The translations under genes were made by a program, and so were the position numbers. The notes under the pieces are model-generated. The model had not been told where the DNA came from and did not search any database. It was given only the letters and a program-made list of their open reading frames with translations. 64,000 bases of DNA from Mycobacteriales bacterium (GTDB lineage: Bacteria; Actinomycetota; Actinomycetes; Mycobacteriales; SCTD01): NCBI GenBank assembly GCA_046595815.1, contig JBKJSN010000093.1:1343-65342 (forward strand), written 5' to 3'. This document shows positions 62,012-64,000 of this stretch, one piece after another. Each line of letters begins with the position of its first letter. The first letter of the stretch is position 1.

Positions 62012-62443
62012 GTGGCCGACTGGGTGTTCTGGGTGGTGGTGGCCGGCGGCCTGATGGTCGCCGAGCTGTTCACGCTGACGTTTGTGCTCGGGCTGTTCTC
62101 GGTCGCAGCGGTGCTGGCTGGCCTGGCCGCCTTCGTGGGTGTTCCCGTCGTCGGTGAGCTGGCCGTCTTCGCAGCCTCCAGTGGCGTCCTGTGGTGGATG
62201 GTGAAGCCCCTGGAGCGGACCCACCGTCGTCAACCGGCGCTGCCCACGGGTACGGCGGCGCTCACCGGCCGGGCCGCGTTGGTCACCGAGGAGGTGAGCG
62301 CCCACACCGGCCGCGTCACCCTGGGCGGTGAGTCCTGGGCCGCCCGACCGCTCAACCCGGGGCTGACGATCGCGCCCGGCTCGCACGTCTCCGTCGCGCA
62401 GGTCGACGGAGCCACCCTGGTCGTGTTCCCCGAGGAGATCTGA
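62012..62443 (+). CDS. NfeD family protein
   Basis: W......AEL, LTGR.A.V, GRV..GGE.W.AR, VDGATL.V; paired with SPFH. Confidence 0.9.
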   Translation: MADWVFWVVVAGGLMVAELFTLTFVLGLFSVAAVLAGLAAFVGVPVVGELAVFAASSGVLWWMVKPLERTHRRQPALPTGTAALTGRAALVTEEVSAHTGRVTLGGESWAARPLNPGLTIAPGSHVSVAQVDGATLVVFPEEI

Positions 62444-62444
62444 G

Positions 62445-63314
62445 ATGGAAGCGCTCGTCTTCGTGTTGGTCGTCATCGCGGTCGTGCTCGTCGTTGTCTC
62501 CCGCGGGGTGCGCGTCGTGCCGCAGGCGACCGCCCGGGTGTGCGAACGGTTCGGCCGGTTCCAGCGGGTGCTCGAGCCCGGGCTGAACCTCATCGTGCCC
62601 TTCGTGGACCAGCTCCGCCCGAGCCTCGACCTACGCGAGCAGGTGGTCACCTTCCCCCCGCAGCAGGTCATCACCAAGGACAACCTCGTCGTCGGCATCG
62701 ACACGGTCATCTACTTCCAGGTCACCGACCCGAAGGCGGCGACGTACGAGATCCAGAACTACCTGCAGGCCATCGAGCAGCTCGCGGTGACGACGCTGCG
62801 CAACGCGGTCGGCAACCTGCAGCTCGAGGAGTCGTTGACCAGCCGCGAGACCGTGAACAGCCAGCTCGGCGCGGTGCTCGACGCGACCACCGGCAAGTGG
62901 GGCATCAAGGTCAACCGCGTGGAGATCAAGGCGATCGAGCCGCCGCTGTCCATCAAGGACTCGATGGAGAAGTCCATGCGGGCCGACCGCGAGAAGCGCG
63001 CCACCATCCTCACCGCCGAGGGTGAGAAGGCGGCACGCATCCTCGAGGCCGAGGGGCACGCGCAGGCCGCGGTCACCGCAGCGAAGGGCGAGGCCGAGTC
63101 GGCCAAGCTCCGGGCCGAGGGCGAGGCGTCCGCCATCCGCACCGTGAACATGGCCCTGCACGACGTGCAGCTCGACGACAAGCTGCTGGCCTACAAGTAC
63201 CTCGACCGCCTGCCCGTCATCGCGAACGGGCAGGCCACCAAGGTGTGGTTCGTGCCGACCGACCTCACCTCGATCGCGACCAGCCTTGCCAAGGGCCTCA
63301 CCGCCAGCAGCTGA
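62445..63314 (+). CDS. SPFH/stomatin (band 7) protein
   Basis: ERFGR...L.PGL...VPFVD, ITKDN, TLRN..G, WGIKVNRVE, M.ADREKRA. Confidence 0.95.
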   Translation: MEALVFVLVVIAVVLVVVSRGVRVVPQATARVCERFGRFQRVLEPGLNLIVPFVDQLRPSLDLREQVVTFPPQQVITKDNLVVGIDTVIYFQVTDPKAATYEIQNYLQAIEQLAVTTLRNAVGNLQLEESLTSRETVNSQLGAVLDATTGKWGIKVNRVEIKAIEPPLSIKDSMEKSMRADREKRATILTAEGEKAARILEAEGHAQAAVTAAKGEAESAKLRAEGEASAIRTVNMALHDVQLDDKLLAYKYLDRLPVIANGQATKVWFVPTDLTSIATSLAKGLTASS

Positions 63315-63350
63315 GCGGAGCGCCGGAAGCTTCCCGCCGCTGCATGGGCC

Positions 63351-63659
63351 TCATCGGACTCGCTCGAGCAACGCGCGCAACGCTTTGACTTCTTCCCGAA
63401 AGGCTTTGCGCCCGGCCCTGCTGGCGCGGACTGTCGTCCTCGGGCGGCTTCCGGCGAGACGGCGTTCCATCGTCACCAAGCCGGCGTCGGCGAGAACCTG
63501 GAGGTGACGACCGAGGTTGCCGTCTGTGAGCCCGAGCTCGGCCTTGAGGGAGGTGACGTCGGCCTCGCTCACCTCGCACAGGATGGCGAGGATCCCCAGG
63601 CGCGCTCGTTGGTGAACGGTGTCGTTGAGCGCGGTTGCCGGGTGAAGTGCGTCGGTCAT
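63351..63659 (-). CDS. winged-helix transcriptional regulator
   Basis: VHQRARLGIL, LGLTDGNL.RHL..L..AGLV, RPRT, GRKAF. Confidence 0.85.
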   Translation of the reverse strand: MTDALHPATALNDTVHQRARLGILAILCEVSEADVTSLKAELGLTDGNLGRHLQVLADAGLVTMERRLAGSRPRTTVRASRAGRKAFREEVKALRALLERVR

Positions 63660-64000
63660 GGTGCGTCGAGGTGAGGCGGGACGAACTCGGCGACGGTACG
63701 ACGTCGAGCGCGCCTAAGAAGTACGGCGGTAGCGATCAGCAGTAGGCCAACACCCGCGACTTCGACACTCGGCGCCAACAGCGCTTGGCCGATGTTGCCC
63801 AGCAAGGAGTCCGGGAGCCCGCTGGTGTAGTGACCGAGGGCGGCGACGGCGACGGCCATGAGGGCGACAGCGCCGCCCGCACCGAGCAGCACCGTGTCCC
63901 GTTCCACCTTTCCCAGCGCGACCAGTCCCATCGCCAACGCCAAGAGCGGCGTGAGTAGTGGTCGGGCTGAATGCGAGATCAGGTCGTCCAGCGGGGGCAA
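63656..64000 (-). CDS. membrane protein, 5' end outside window
   Basis: Three hydrophobic segments, basic tail, ATGA overlap with the regulator. Confidence 0.6.
   Translation of the reverse strand: MPPLDDLISHSARPLLTPLLALAMGLVALGKVERDTVLLGAGGAVALMAVAVAALGHYTSGLPDSLLGNIGQALLAPSVEVAGVGLLLIATAVLLRRARRRTVAEFVPPHLDAP

Overview
High-GC actinobacterial chromosomal segment with no rRNA, tRNA, CRISPR, prophage or transposase visible. The gene content (mshA, futalosine-route mqn genes, SsgA family, RsiG, BldN/RsbN, BldC family) suggests a non-Streptomyces, Frankiales-like lineage; this taxonomy is inference. The backbone is the conserved actinobacterial mshA-ybjN-gpmA ... proC-acuC-bdtA-bS22 ... bldN ... 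rex-hemACDBL-cytochrome c biogenesis-mqnL/P/X/E region with several accessory inserts. The most notable signals come from the intergenic DNA. (1) Three sigma28/WhiG-type promoters, (C/T)TCA(A/G)-N16-GCCGA, lie in front of a DUF4388 gene, bldN and a sortase-type surface protein. Four sigma-BldN-type promoters, CGT(C/A)(A/C)C-N16/17-CGTT, lie in front of an ssgA-family gene, that same surface protein, rsbN and a bldC-family gene. Together they suggest a rewired c-di-GMP/RsiG-WhiG -> BldN cascade. (2) A SigK-type sigma factor is flanked by two anti-sigmas, with three matching leaderless promoters driving a cupredoxin, an internally duplicated His-bearing lipoprotein and membrane proteins. (3) A cupredoxin has His at the axial Met position. 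(4) A dispersed 54-bp palindromic repeat and several mini-ORFs bridge operon junctions. All functional calls come from motif recognition and synteny, without database searches.
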